A DNA stretch of 64,000 nt from NCBI GenBank assembly GCA_963801815.1, contig CAWDGJ010000001.1, positions 96,001-160,000 on the forward strand. Direction: 5' to 3'. Positions within the stretch are counted from its first letter, which is position 1; each line of letters opens with the position of its first letter. The position numbers and the translations under genes are program-made. The notes beneath the pieces were generated by a model. That model saw only the letters and a list, made by a program, of their open reading frames with translations. It had not been told where the DNA came from and ran no database searches. The stretch is from an uncultured Verrucomicrobiae bacterium. Lineage in GTDB: Bacteria; Verrucomicrobiota; Verrucomicrobiia; Chthoniobacterales; UBA10450. Shown piece by piece: positions 38,672 to 48,608 of the stretch.

Positions 38672-39414
38672 AGAACGCCGGCCTCCTTGAAGCTGAAATA
38701 GCCTGAGCCGCTGTTCGATTGGCCGCCAATAATGACATGATCGAGAAGTTTAATTTGCATCAGCTCGGCGGCTTCGGCGAGACGACGCGTTAAATTGTGA
38801 TCGGCCTGACTGGGCGATGGATCACCGGAGGGATGGTTGTGGACGACGATCACCGCGTAGGCCGACGCGATTACTGCCGGACGGAAAATTTCGCGCGGGT
38901 GGGCGATGCTCTCATTCACGCTGCCGGTGGAAATTTCCTGTGTGCGAATCAAATGGTAACGCGTGTCGAGGAGAATAACGCGCATCGCTTCTGTGCGGAG
39001 CATTCGCATTTCACCGCCCAGGAGCTCGTTTACCAGTTCCGGCGAATCGATTTTCTGTTTAGCCAGGGTTTCCCGGGCGAGCCGTTGTCCCAGTTGGAAC
39101 GCCGCCACCAGATGAAGCGCTTTATCTCGTTTGATGCCCCTTATTGTTTTCAATTCATCCAGACTGCAGCGACTCAACTGGTTCAACGATCCGAATTGCT
39201 GCAAAAGTTCGCGGGCAAGATCCACTACATTCTTTCCTGTCACCCCAGTGCGCAGCAAAATCGCGATTAGCTCGGCATCGGAAAGAGCAGACGCGCCGCG
39301 GGTTGCCAGTTTTTCACGTGGCCGTTCATCTTCCGGCATTTCACGAATGCGCGATTGCAAGGCTGGGGGGATGTGACTCGGGTTTGTCCGCAGATTTGTT
39401 AAAGAAACGATCAA
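38668..39414 (-). CDS. radC: RadC/JAB-domain protein (start uncertain)
   Basis: ERPREKL...LSDAELIAILLRTG, HPREIF, HNHPSGDPSPS.AD, LLDHVII. Confidence 0.95.
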   Translation of the reverse strand: MIVSLTNLRTNPSHIPPALQSRIREMPEDERPREKLATRGASALSDAELIAILLRTGVTGKNVVDLARELLQQFGSLNQLSRCSLDELKTIRGIKRDKALHLVAAFQLGQRLARETLAKQKIDSPELVNELLGGEMRMLRTEAMRVILLDTRYHLIRTQEISTGSVNESIAHPREIFRPAVIASAYAVIVVHNHPSGDPSPSQADHNLTRRLAEAAELMQIKLLDHVIIGGQSNSGSGYFSFKEAGVL

Positions 39415-40472
39415 CTTCGAAATTGCTCGAGCATTTCGCGCAACGCGTCGGCGAGGCCCGCCAGCGCCTCGGTATAACGGTTCGGGGGAAGGCTTTCGAT
39501 CTGTCCTTGCCCTTCGGTGATGAGCGCCTGTCCAGCTTCTATCGACGCGCTAAGCGCGCCATTGGCCTCCGGCGAGTTCAGCATTTGGCCGATTTCTTCG
39601 AAACGCGCATCGAGGATCAATTGCGAAAAGTGTTCTTTGTCCGCGCCATTCCGTCCGCCCAGCACCATCAAGACTGGCAAAGTCAGCTTCCCTTTGCGCA
39701 AATCGCTTCCCAACGTTTTGCCGGTCAACCGCTCAGTGCCGGCGATGTCGATGCAATCGTCATAAATCTGGTAAGCCGTGCCGATTTTTTGGCCAAAAAC
39801 CTTCAACGACTCCTGCACCGCCGGAGTCGCTTTGCTCAGCAGGGCGCCCAGTTCGGATGCCACTGCAAAAAGCGAACCGGTTTTCATCTCGATGATACGA
39901 AGGTAGTCGTCGATACCGAGATGAAGATCGAACCGGCGTTGTGTTTGGATGATTTCCCCCGTGCAAACTTCACGCGCGGCGCGGGCAATCGACCGGCTGA
40001 CTTCCACTTCATCGAATTGAGCCGACAAATTAAGAGCGTGTGCAAAAAGCCAGTCGCCCAATAGCACGCTTAAAGAATTTCCCCAGCGTGCGTTCAATGT
40101 TGGCTGCGCCCGGCGCCATTCCGCTTCGTCAACGATATCGTCGTGCACCAACGTGGCGACGTGAATGAGTTCCACAATCACCGCCAAGTCGACATGTTCG
40201 GAATTGATCGACCCGACTGCGCCGCCACTCAGTAGAGCGACCAACGGGCGCAAACGCTTTCCGCGCCCGCCGATTGCATAACTGACGTAACCTTCCACCG
40301 CCGGATCGAAGGAAGATGCCTGGGCGATGATGCGCGACTCGACATCGTCGAGCTCTCGTCGCACCACTTCCGTCACTCGGCTCAGCGGCCCGTTCGGAAC
40401 TGTCGGCGCGAACGTCGAGGGTACGGTGGCTTCCACAGGCGCAGAATAGAAGGGGGCGCCAGCGATTGTCAA
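39411..40472 (-). CDS. Polyprenyl diphosphate synthase (IspB-like)
   Basis: GKRLRP, LVHDDIVD, KTGSLF, QIYDD, GK..GSDL..GKLT. Confidence 0.9.
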   Translation of the reverse strand: MTIAGAPFYSAPVEATVPSTFAPTVPNGPLSRVTEVVRRELDDVESRIIAQASSFDPAVEGYVSYAIGGRGKRLRPLVALLSGGAVGSINSEHVDLAVIVELIHVATLVHDDIVDEAEWRRAQPTLNARWGNSLSVLLGDWLFAHALNLSAQFDEVEVSRSIARAAREVCTGEIIQTQRRFDLHLGIDDYLRIIEMKTGSLFAVASELGALLSKATPAVQESLKVFGQKIGTAYQIYDDCIDIAGTERLTGKTLGSDLRKGKLTLPVLMVLGGRNGADKEHFSQLILDARFEEIGQMLNSPEANGALSASIEAGQALITEGQGQIESLPPNRYTEALAGLADALREMLEQFRS

Positions 40473-40499
40473 AACAACACGTTCGGCAAAAAGCGGGAT

Positions 40500-41258
40500 T
40501 TATCGCCTACGCAGCCAGGCGGACGTGCCGTATTTTTGCTCTGCAATCTCCTGGGCGCGTGCGATCAAAGCGGCGTCTAATTTTTTCCAGCAATGCTCGC
40601 GGCAAAGCGCCCTCGCAAACAGAGCAGCGAGGTCATTTCCAAACTCCGCATTCTGAATGCTGCCTTGCTGCAGAAATCCGCGACGCGTTCGTCTTTGCGC
40701 TGCGCCGGCGATTTTTCGCCCGTTCAACAGAACGTCAGCGCGAACCGGATTTGCGAAACAGAGCTCTTGTTTGTAGCGGCGGTCTATGACCGCCGAATCT
40801 TTTTCCGGTCTGCGCTCACAGAGCGCCGCTACACACGTTCCATTCGCTGCCAACGCCGCAGCTAACGCACGATGTACCTTCTCGTAGATCGACATCGACG
40901 ATTCCTCAAACGTCCGGACGCCCGCAGGAATCACGAGGGAGTAAGTTAAATCTTCGCCATGGAAGACAATTCCGCCTCCGGTCCAGCGTCGAACACTGTC
41001 GCGGTTGTAGCCGGCGACATCTTCAAATCGTCCAAAATATCCGAACGAGAGCGCCGGATGATTCCACTGGTAGAACCGAATCGATGGGACCGTTGCGGTT
41101 TCGAACAACGCTTCATCGATCGCCATATTGAGCGCCGCGCTTCGAGGGTCGGCGTCATGATAAACGTCCAATGCAGGAAACAAGCAGGCTAAACCCTCAC
41201 CTGCCGTAAAGCCGGCTTCCTCTCCCTGAGGGACAGGCGGGAGGTAAGGGCGAATCAT
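40500..41258 (-). CDS. Lipoate-protein ligase / octanoyltransferase family (start uncertain)
   Basis: NMAIDEAL, RRWTGGGIVFH, LTYS, CF, RKIAGAAQRR, LQQGSI. Confidence 0.85.
   Translation of the reverse strand: MIRPYLPPVPQGEEAGFTAGEGLACLFPALDVYHDADPRSAALNMAIDEALFETATVPSIRFYQWNHPALSFGYFGRFEDVAGYNRDSVRRWTGGGIVFHGEDLTYSLVIPAGVRTFEESSMSIYEKVHRALAAALAANGTCVAALCERRPEKDSAVIDRRYKQELCFANPVRADVLLNGRKIAGAAQRRTRRGFLQQGSIQNAEFGNDLAALFARALCREHCWKKLDAALIARAQEIAEQKYGTSAWLRRR
40772..40833. repeat. GTAG-type REP doublet in-frame inside the ligase CDS
   Basis: TGTAGCGGCGGTCTATGACCGCCG ... GCGCTCACAGAGCGCCGCTACA; translated as CVAALCERR...SAVIDRRY. Confidence 0.8.
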
Positions 41259-41938
41259 GTTAGTTCCTGCAAAATCTTCTCGAGCGCTTCCCGCGGATTC
41301 TTATGCGCGGTGATCGGCCGGCCGATCACCAAATAATCTGCGCCTGCCTCAATCGCTTCGCGTGGCGTCATTGTGCGCTTTTGATCGCCAGTTTCCGCCC
41401 ATGTCGGTCGAATTCCCGGGACTACGATTTTGATTTTGTGGCCGAACTTTTCCCGAAGTGGTTTGATTTCATGTGGGCTCGCCACAACGCCGTCGATCCC
41501 ATTTTCAACCCCAAGTTTCGCCAGGCGCAAAACCTGGTGCTCGATCTTATCTGAGATTCCTATTTCACGCAGCGTCGCCTCGGTTGAGCTTGTCAAAACT
41601 GTCACTCCCAAAATCGACATCTGGCCCTTTTTTGCTTTTGCCGCGGCGCGAATCATCTCGCCGCCGCCGCTCAAGTGAATCGTCAACATCTGAGCGCCAA
41701 GTGTGCTCGCTGATTCTACGGCTTTGGCGACAGTGTTCGGAATATCGTGAAGCTTGAGGTCGAGAAAAACTTTAGCGCCGGCCGAGAGCACGATTCGCAC
41801 GATTTCAGGTCCTTCCGCGGTGTAGAGTTGCAGGCCGATCTTGAAAAACGAAGTCTCCGGACGCAGTTGCTCGACTAACCGTAAAGCCTCGCTACTGGAC
41901 GGCACGTCCAGGGCGACAATGATTTTGCTTTCTGTCAT
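41255..41938 (-). CDS. pyrF: Orotidine-5'-phosphate decarboxylase
   Basis: IIVALD, FLDLKLHDIPNTV, VTVLTS, PGIRP, DQKR, VIGRPI. Confidence 0.95.
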   Translation of the reverse strand: MTESKIIVALDVPSSSEALRLVEQLRPETSFFKIGLQLYTAEGPEIVRIVLSAGAKVFLDLKLHDIPNTVAKAVESASTLGAQMLTIHLSGGGEMIRAAAKAKKGQMSILGVTVLTSSTEATLREIGISDKIEHQVLRLAKLGVENGIDGVVASPHEIKPLREKFGHKIKIVVPGIRPTWAETGDQKRTMTPREAIEAGADYLVIGRPITAHKNPREALEKILQELT

Positions 41939-42047
41939 TCCGAGGTAGCGGCGATTGACGTGCCCGTCCGGTTCGGCCTCGCCTTGTGGCGGTTCGGTAA
42001 ACCGCCGCTACCAAAAGAGAGATTCCTCGACTTCGCTCGGAATGACA
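41933..42047. repeat. Composite repeat: TGTCATTCCGAG...CTCGGAATGACA element enclosing a GTAG REP doublet
   Basis: Outer 12-bp inverted repeat; inner GGTAGCGGCG...CGCCGCTACC (41944-42012). Confidence 0.75.
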
Positions 42048-42061
42048 AAGAAATTGTGCAA

Positions 42062-42889
42062 ATGGAGATTCTCGCTCCGGCAAAGGTCAATCTCTCGCTG
42101 CGCGTCCTCGGGAAACGCCCGGATGGTTTCCACGAAATCGAAACCCTCATCGCGCCGGTTTCGCTCTACGACAAAATCGACCTCGAGAAGCAAAATCGCT
42201 GGATCGACTTCAGTTGCAACGATCCAACGCTTTCCAGCGGCGATGACAATCTGGTTGTGCGCGCCGCGAACCTTTTTCTCGAGCACGCGAAGATCAATAG
42301 CGGCGTCTCAATTAAGCTGCAGAAAAAGATTCCGCACGGCGCCGGTCTGGGCGGCGGCAGCAGCGACGCCGCGGCGACCTTGCGCGGTCTGAACGACCTT
42401 TTTGAAACCGAATTGTCGGGCAAAGAGTTGGGAAAACTGGCAGCGACGATCGGGTCCGATGTTCCGTTCTTCCTTTTTGAATCAGCAGCAATCTGTAAAG
42501 GCCGCGGCGAAATTGTCGAGCCGATGAAATTGAAACAGAAGTTGCCGATCTTGTTATTGAAGCCGGCATTCGGTGTCGCGAGCGCATGGGCTTATTCCCG
42601 GTGGAAAGAAGCAAAAAAGATCCCCGGAATTTCGTATGATGCGCAGACCTGCGTAGGGCAGACCTTAGTTAACGATCTCGAGCAACCGGTCTTCGAGAAA
42701 TTCGTTTTCCTCGCGCAGTTGAAGACCTGGTTACTGAAACAAGCTGAAGTTGTCGCTGCCCTGATGTCAGGTTCGGGCTCCACGGTTTTTGCGGTTCTGC
42801 ACGACAAAGCCAGCGCCGATTCGTTAGCAGAGCGGATGCGAAAAGAACTGGATCGCGAGATTTGGACTTGCGCCGTTCAAACGCTCTGA
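42062..42889 (+). CDS. ispE: 4-diphosphocytidyl-2-C-methyl-D-erythritol kinase
   Basis: APAKVNL.L, DGFHEI, IP.GAGLGGGSSDAA, GSDVPFF, MSGSGST. Confidence 0.95.
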   Translation: MEILAPAKVNLSLRVLGKRPDGFHEIETLIAPVSLYDKIDLEKQNRWIDFSCNDPTLSSGDDNLVVRAANLFLEHAKINSGVSIKLQKKIPHGAGLGGGSSDAAATLRGLNDLFETELSGKELGKLAATIGSDVPFFLFESAAICKGRGEIVEPMKLKQKLPILLLKPAFGVASAWAYSRWKEAKKIPGISYDAQTCVGQTLVNDLEQPVFEKFVFLAQLKTWLLKQAEVVAALMSGSGSTVFAVLHDKASADSLAERMRKELDREIWTCAVQTL

Positions 42890-42892
42890 TCG

Positions 42893-42983
42893 GGTGGATC
42901 GAGCAGTCCCTTGCTCGATGTTAGAGGCTCGCGGCCGTCGGCCGCCTAGAATTAAACATCGCCCGCGGAGCGGCCGATCCACC
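42893..42983. repeat. GTGG-variant REP doublet between convergent ispE and sdhB
   Basis: GGTGGATCG...CGATCCACC with internal hairpins. Confidence 0.65.
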
Positions 42984-43738
42984 TATTCGCCGGCGCTACG
43001 TTTCAAACTCGCCCGCGAATATTCGCGATTGAGTTTGGCGATAAAACTGGCGCTGATCTCAGCCGGGCAAACCGCTTCGCACTCATACGTGTTCGTGCAA
43101 TTGCCGAAACCTTCAGCGTCCATTGCGCGAACCATGCCGATGACGCGCCTCGCCCGCTCCGGTTGGCCCTGAGGCAACAGCGCAAGATGCGAAACTTTTG
43201 CCGCGGTGAAAAGCATTGCGGACGCGTTCGGACAAGCCGCCGCGCATGCGCCGCATCCGATACATGCCGCCGCTTCCATCGAAAGATCGGCGTCGTGTTT
43301 CGAAATCGGAACCGAATTCGCTTCCGGCGCCGAGCCCGCGCGTGCCGAAATGAATCCGCCGGCCCGAACAATCCGATCGAGGGCGCTCCGATCGATCACT
43401 AAATCCTTAATGATCGGAAAGCCTTTTACTCGAAATGGCTCGATCACGATCGTGTCGCCGTCTTTGAATCTTCGCATGTAAAGTTCGCAGGCAGCGCCGG
43501 GATGGTCTGGACCGTGTGCTTCCCCGTTCACCGTGAGCGAACAAGTGCCGCAAATTCCTTCGCGACAATCGGAATCGAAAGCGATGGGTTGTTCGCCTTT
43601 CAGAAGCAGACGCTCATTGACGATATCGAGCATCTCGAGCAAGGACGCTTGCGGCGGAATGTCGGCTGCGTCGTAATCGACAAGCGTTCCAGCCGAGTTT
43701 CGGTCTTTTTGCCGCCAGACTTTGAGTTTGAAGTTCAT
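42983..43738 (-). CDS. sdhB: Succinate dehydrogenase/fumarate reductase iron-sulfur subunit
   Basis: [33 protein letters not shown]. Confidence 0.95.
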   Translation of the reverse strand: MNFKLKVWRQKDRNSAGTLVDYDAADIPPQASLLEMLDIVNERLLLKGEQPIAFDSDCREGICGTCSLTVNGEAHGPDHPGAACELYMRRFKDGDTIVIEPFRVKGFPIIKDLVIDRSALDRIVRAGGFISARAGSAPEANSVPISKHDADLSMEAAACIGCGACAAACPNASAMLFTAAKVSHLALLPQGQPERARRVIGMVRAMDAEGFGNCTNTYECEAVCPAEISASFIAKLNREYSRASLKRSAGE

Positions 43739-45666
43739 TTATAGCTGCGCTGAGTCAGATGTACCGTTTCGAAGTGAAGGGGTTCGCGATGCAATTTCGG
43801 TGGCGTGATGGTCCCGTTACATCCCTGAAATTCCCACGCAAAAACCGCGGTGAAATTGTCATCGTCGCGCAATGCCTCGCCTTCGGGCGTTTGATGTTCT
43901 TCGCGAAAATGTGCGCCGCACGATTCATCGCGGGTGAGCGCGTCGATGCACATCAATTCGGCGAACTCGAGAAAATCGGCTACCCGTCCGGCGCGTTCGA
44001 GCGACTGATTGAAGTCTTCGCCATCACCGGGAACACGCACTTCACGCCAAAATCGTTGACGGAGCTCTGGAATTTTTCGGAGCGCCTCTTCGAGCCCGGC
44101 CTTGTTTCGCGCCATGCCGCATTTGTCCCAAAGCAACGTGCCAAGCTCGCGATGAATCGAATCGAGCGATCGATTACCATTCACCCTAAGTAATTTCTGA
44201 ATCTTCGCACGCACATCGTTTTCGGCGTCTTTAAATTCCGGAGCGTCCGTTGAGGGTCGTCGGCCCACTTGTCCCGCGAGATAATTTGGAAGCGTGTAGG
44301 GCAAAACAAAATAACCGTCGGCCAGGCCTTGCATGAGCGCGCTTGCCCCGAGGCGGTTCGCACCGTGATCGGAAAAGTTCGCTTCGCCGATGACGAACAA
44401 ACCGGGGATGTTGCTCATCAGGTTGTAATCAACCCACAGGCCGCCCATTGTGTAATGAACGGCGGGATAAATCCGCATCGGAACTTTGTAGGCATTCTCG
44501 CCGGTGATTTTCTCATAAACTTCAAATAAGTTTCCGTAACGCTCGGCAATTGTTTGTTCACTGAGACGCTTGATCGCGTCCGCGAAATCGAGATAAACAC
44601 CGCGACCGCCAGGGCCGACGCCACGGCCTTCGTCGCAGACTTCCTTGGCCGCGCGGGAAGAGATGTCGCGGGGAGAGAGATTGCCGAAAGCCGGATACTT
44701 TCGTTCGAGATAATAATCGCGGTCCTTTTCGGGAATCTCGTTTGGAGGTTTTGTGCAATCTTCCTTTCGCTTTGGGACCCAAACGCGTCCGTCGTTCCGG
44801 AGCGATTCAGACATCAACGTTAGTTTTGACTGGTAATCGCCCGAGTGCGGAATGCAGGTGGGATGGATCTGGGTGAAACAGGGGTTGGCGAAGAGTGCGC
44901 CCTTTTTGTAAGCGCGATAGGTGGCAGTCACATTGCAACCGCGCGCGTTGGTCGAAAGATAAAAAACGTTTCCGTATCCGCCGGTGGCGAGCACAACGGC
45001 GTCGCCCGAGACGTTTTCGATCTGGCCGGTCCGCAGATTCCGGGTGACAATTCCTTTGGCGTGACCGTCAACAATAACGACATCAAGCATTTCGGTCTGA
45101 GGAAACATTTGCACGGTGCCGGCATCGATCTGGTGGCAAAGTGCCGAATAACAGCCCAGCAAGAGTTGTTGGCCAGTTTGCCCGCGCGCATAAAACGTTC
45201 GTGAAACCTGTGCGCCGCCGAACGAACGATTCGCGAGCAGGCCGCCGTACTCGCGCGCGAATGGAACGCCCTGAGCGACGCATTGATCGATGATGTTGCC
45301 GCTAACTTCTGCGAGTCGATAGACGTTCGCTTCGCGCGAGCGAAAATCACCCCCTTTGATTGTGTCATAAAACAAGCGATAAACGCTGTCGCCATCGTTC
45401 TGATAATTTTTCGCGGCATTGATTCCGCCCTGGGCCGCAATTGAATGGGCGCGGCGCGCCGAATCCTGATAGCAAAAGCATTTCACCCGGTAACCGAGTT
45501 CGCCGAGTGTTGCCGCCGCCGAACCACCGGCGAGTCCCGAGCCAACGACAATTATTTCGAATTTGCGGCGGTTGTTTGGACTAACGAGCCGGGCGTGGTC
45601 CTTGTGGCTCGTCCATTTTCGATCGAGCGGACCGCCCGGAGTTTTCGGATCGAGATTCCCAATCAT
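43735..45666 (-). CDS. sdhA: Succinate dehydrogenase/fumarate reductase flavoprotein
   Basis: [46 protein letters not shown]. Confidence 0.95.
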   Translation of the reverse strand: MIGNLDPKTPGGPLDRKWTSHKDHARLVSPNNRRKFEIIVVGSGLAGGSAAATLGELGYRVKCFCYQDSARRAHSIAAQGGINAAKNYQNDGDSVYRLFYDTIKGGDFRSREANVYRLAEVSGNIIDQCVAQGVPFAREYGGLLANRSFGGAQVSRTFYARGQTGQQLLLGCYSALCHQIDAGTVQMFPQTEMLDVVIVDGHAKGIVTRNLRTGQIENVSGDAVVLATGGYGNVFYLSTNARGCNVTATYRAYKKGALFANPCFTQIHPTCIPHSGDYQSKLTLMSESLRNDGRVWVPKRKEDCTKPPNEIPEKDRDYYLERKYPAFGNLSPRDISSRAAKEVCDEGRGVGPGGRGVYLDFADAIKRLSEQTIAERYGNLFEVYEKITGENAYKVPMRIYPAVHYTMGGLWVDYNLMSNIPGLFVIGEANFSDHGANRLGASALMQGLADGYFVLPYTLPNYLAGQVGRRPSTDAPEFKDAENDVRAKIQKLLRVNGNRSLDSIHRELGTLLWDKCGMARNKAGLEEALRKIPELRQRFWREVRVPGDGEDFNQSLERAGRVADFLEFAELMCIDALTRDESCGAHFREEHQTPEGEALRDDDNFTAVFAWEFQGCNGTITPPKLHREPLHFETVHLTQRSYK

Positions 45667-45680
45667 ACGAAACAGGCTTC

Positions 45681-45825
45681 GAAATTCGAATGTCGAAGCT
45701 CCAAACAAATTCGAAGGACAAAATGTCCAAATCGCTCCAACTTGCCTGCGTGGGTTGCCCGGTATTTGGAGCTTGGAAGTTTTCCTATCCTTGTTTCGGA
45801 TTTCGAGATTCGGATTTCGAATTTC
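45681..45825. repeat. Inverted tandem-heptamer element between sdhC and sdhA
   Basis: GAAATTCGAATGTCGAAGCTCCAAACAA ... TTGTTTCGGATTTCGAGATTCGGATTTCGAATTTC. Confidence 0.85.
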
Positions 45826-45828
45826 ATC

Positions 45829-46575
45829 CTAGAGTTGTTGGGCTGGCTTGATGAATCCGAGGAGAACGGCAATCGGGATCGACGTGTAGCCAATGAAAAG
45901 CAGCCACGCAAAAATTCGTCCGGCAACGGCGAGCTTCGGCGTGAGTTTATGATCATTGAGGCCCAACGATTGGAAAAAACTCGACGAGCCGTGCGTGAGA
46001 TGAAGCGTCAGCAAAAATAGTCCGACAACGTAAAACCCCGACACGTAAACGTTTTGGAATCCGTAGACCATCATTGAAAAAACATCGTAGTGCCCAAGCG
46101 CATCCGGTTTAAGCAGCGCGAAGCGGGGGTCGGTGCTACGGAAAGTGAAATGAGCGAGGTGATAAACTACGAACGCGAGCACGACTAAACCGCTCACGAC
46201 CATGTGGCGCGATGCCCAGCTGGCTTTGACGTAATTCCGATCGCGGTAGGCTTCGGGGCGGGCGCGTCGATTTTCGACCGCGAGCAGAATCGTGAAATAA
46301 ATATGCACGATCACGCTCGCGAGAAGAAAAGCACGAATCATCCAAAGAATGGGACCGAGATCGTGCAAGTGCTGTGAATAGCCGTTGATCCAATCCGGGC
46401 CTAGAAAAATTTGCAGGTTGCCTAACAAATGGCCGACTACGAACAAAATCAGGATCACGCCAGTGACGGCGACGATCATCTTTCTTCCAACAGACGAATG
46501 ACCAAACTCCCGAATGAAGCCGCGCGGCTTCATTCGCACAGTCGCGGCTGCTGCTGATTTTGGCTCGGTCATCAT
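45829..46575 (-). CDS. sdhC: Succinate dehydrogenase cytochrome b subunit
   Basis: SVGRK..VAVTG...HLLGNL; five TM helices with His ligands; HLTHG..S.FQSLG. Confidence 0.95.
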   Translation of the reverse strand: MMTEPKSAAAATVRMKPRGFIREFGHSSVGRKMIVAVTGVILILFVVGHLLGNLQIFLGPDWINGYSQHLHDLGPILWMIRAFLLASVIVHIYFTILLAVENRRARPEAYRDRNYVKASWASRHMVVSGLVVLAFVVYHLAHFTFRSTDPRFALLKPDALGHYDVFSMMVYGFQNVYVSGFYVVGLFLLTLHLTHGSSSFFQSLGLNDHKLTPKLAVAGRIFAWLLFIGYTSIPIAVLLGFIKPAQQL

Positions 46576-47138
46576 TTGCTTCCAGGTTTCACGGCAGGAA
46601 TTTTTTCCAAATCCGGCGGCAATTTGTCCGCCGCGAAATTCTCAACATTCATTTCAACTAAACTGACGAACGGGCAACCGAAATCCGGTTTTTTGTCGCC
46701 GCTACGATCGACAATCACACCAACCGCACGGACGATTCCGTTGTGCGCGCGTACAATGTCGATTGTTTCCTGAACTCGGCCGCCACGGGTAACGACGTCC
46801 TCGACGACGACAAACTTTTCGCCATTGTCGATCTTGAATCCGCGACGGAGCACAAGTTTGCCCTCTTCCTTTTCCACGAAGATGTGTCGTTTGCCTAACG
46901 AGCGGCCGACTTCCTGGCCAACGATAATCCCGCCGAGAGCAGGGGAGACGACCGAGTCACAGTCGAACCGCTGCAATTTGTCCGCCAGCATTTTGCAAAC
47001 GCGGGCGGCGATGTCCGTGTGCTGTAAAAGGATCGCGCACTGAAAATATTCGCGGCTGTGCAAGCCGGAGCGCAAAACAAAATGGCCGTCCAGCAACGCG
47101 CCGGTTTTTCGGAAAAGAGCGAGCAGGTCTTCGCTCAT
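46572..47138 (-). CDS. pyrE: Orotate phosphoribosyltransferase
   Basis: GHFVLRSGLHS, VVEDVVTRGG, KPGS. Confidence 0.95.
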   Translation of the reverse strand: MSEDLLALFRKTGALLDGHFVLRSGLHSREYFQCAILLQHTDIAARVCKMLADKLQRFDCDSVVSPALGGIIVGQEVGRSLGKRHIFVEKEEGKLVLRRGFKIDNGEKFVVVEDVVTRGGRVQETIDIVRAHNGIVRAVGVIVDRSGDKKPDFGCPFVSLVEMNVENFAADKLPPDLEKIPAVKPGSK

Positions 47139-47548
47139 CCCGACGTATCCGCCACTGTTCGATCACCTTCGCCCGCGACGGCGATGACTTCGATTTCGAT
47201 GCGAACGTTCTTGGGCAGTGCCCCGGCTTGCACGGTCGAGCGCGCGGGCGGCGCTTGTTTGAAATAGCTGCCGTAGACTTCGTTTACCGTCTGAAAATCG
47301 CCAATGTCCGCGAGAAAAATTGTTGTCTTAACGATGTTTTCGAATCCTAAGCTTTCGGCCCTCAGCAAGCCGCCAATGTTCTCCATCACCCGACGCGCCT
47401 GGACGTCGATGCCGCCGGAAACGACCTGCCCGGTCTTAGGATCGAGCGGGATTTGTCCGGAATAATAAATGATCGATCCCACCCGCACACCTTGTGAGTA
47501 CGGGCCGATAGCCGCGGGCGCTTCGTTCGTGGAAATGATTTTCTTCAT
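47135..47548 (-). CDS. RidA family reactive intermediate deaminase
   Basis: APAAIGPYSQG, SGQIPLDP, PPARSTV...LP. Confidence 0.9.
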   Translation of the reverse strand: MKKIISTNEAPAAIGPYSQGVRVGSIIYYSGQIPLDPKTGQVVSGGIDVQARRVMENIGGLLRAESLGFENIVKTTIFLADIGDFQTVNEVYGSYFKQAPPARSTVQAGALPKNVRIEIEVIAVAGEGDRTVADTSG

Positions 47549-47582
47549 GCATCGAGCTTAAACAGCCAACCGCCAGACGCAA

Positions 47583-48473
47583 TCATTCTGGCGTCTGCGT
47601 CGGCGAGGCACCTGCCTTTTGTTGGAGCTCGAGTTTGTCGTGAAATTCCTTCTCATAATGGGTCACGAAACGCTTGTAACCGTCGGGATCGATGAACGGG
47701 TTTGGATTTTCGCCGCGGGCCAGACGTTCGCGCTTCTTCAGAAAATCAAAGAACCATCCGTGATCGGAAAGAAAAATGTCGCATGGAAGTTTCTTCAGGA
47801 GAGCGAAGGTTTTTTCGAAATCGGCGGCGATGCCCGGATAACTTTCTTTGCCGACGAGCTGATAATCTAATGCGGTTGGACTGCCAGCGAAAACAACCTG
47901 GTACGTTTTTGCGCCGTCGGAAATCTTTGTCGTCCATGTGGTATTGCCCTTGGTGTGACCGGGCGTGAGCCACGCCGTGAGTTTTTGACCTCCGAGCTCA
48001 ATCGACTCACCGTCGGCGATGATTTGATCGACTTCGACCGGAGGAAACGTGAGCGTGTCACCGAATCGAAAATCTCCGTGGCCACCTTTTCGTAGCAGTT
48101 CCGCGTCCCGCGCACTCGCGACCAACTTGGCGCCGCTCTTTTGTTTCAATTCCGCGAGGCCGCCGGCATGATCGAGATGCGCGTGACTGTTTAGGAGAAT
48201 CTTTACATCCCCGATTTTGAATCCGAGCTGGGCAAGATTTTTTTCGATCTGCGGAGCCGTTTCCACAAATCCGCCGTCGAGCAGGAAATGGCCGTGCGGC
48301 GTTGTGATTAGAAACGAAGTGATTTCTGTTGCACCGACATAGTAAAGATTTCCCGCGATGCGAAACGGCGGGACGGGTTGATTCCAGGCCCGACTAGTTG
48401 GATCTGCCTGGCCAAGAGCAATTGAGGTCATGGCGGCGCTGGAGACGACGATTAGGCGAGCTGAGTAATTCAC
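47583..48473 (-). CDS. Subclass B3 metallo-beta-lactamase (start uncertain)
   Basis: WNQPVPPFRIAGNLYYVG, SHAHLDHAGG, PGHTKG, CDIFLSDH, NPFIDP. Confidence 0.85.
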   Translation of the reverse strand: MNYSARLIVVSSAAMTSIALGQADPTSRAWNQPVPPFRIAGNLYYVGATEITSFLITTPHGHFLLDGGFVETAPQIEKNLAQLGFKIGDVKILLNSHAHLDHAGGLAELKQKSGAKLVASARDAELLRKGGHGDFRFGDTLTFPPVEVDQIIADGESIELGGQKLTAWLTPGHTKGNTTWTTKISDGAKTYQVVFAGSPTALDYQLVGKESYPGIAADFEKTFALLKKLPCDIFLSDHGWFFDFLKKRERLARGENPNPFIDPDGYKRFVTHYEKEFHDKLELQQKAGASPTQTPE

Positions 48474-48608
48474 ACCAGCGATTCGTCTGAGACCTGCTTC
48501 TCTTTCACGATTTGTTAAAGGACACGGGCCGAATGCCTTCAATATTACCTCTCTGGATTGTGCGTGGGCCATTGCGACTCGCTTAATCTCACCGATATTA
48601 CTTCCTCA

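Noticed and set aside
38668..39414. radC as a marker of a mobile element
   Set aside because: Full-length form embedded in a housekeeping run (ispB-like, radC, lpxA), with no mobility genes.
41193..41250. CCCTCACC...CTCTCCC-type palindromic repeat at the pyrF/ligase junction
   Set aside because: Single degenerate copy in the window; it makes the ligase start uncertain but cannot be supported as a family here.
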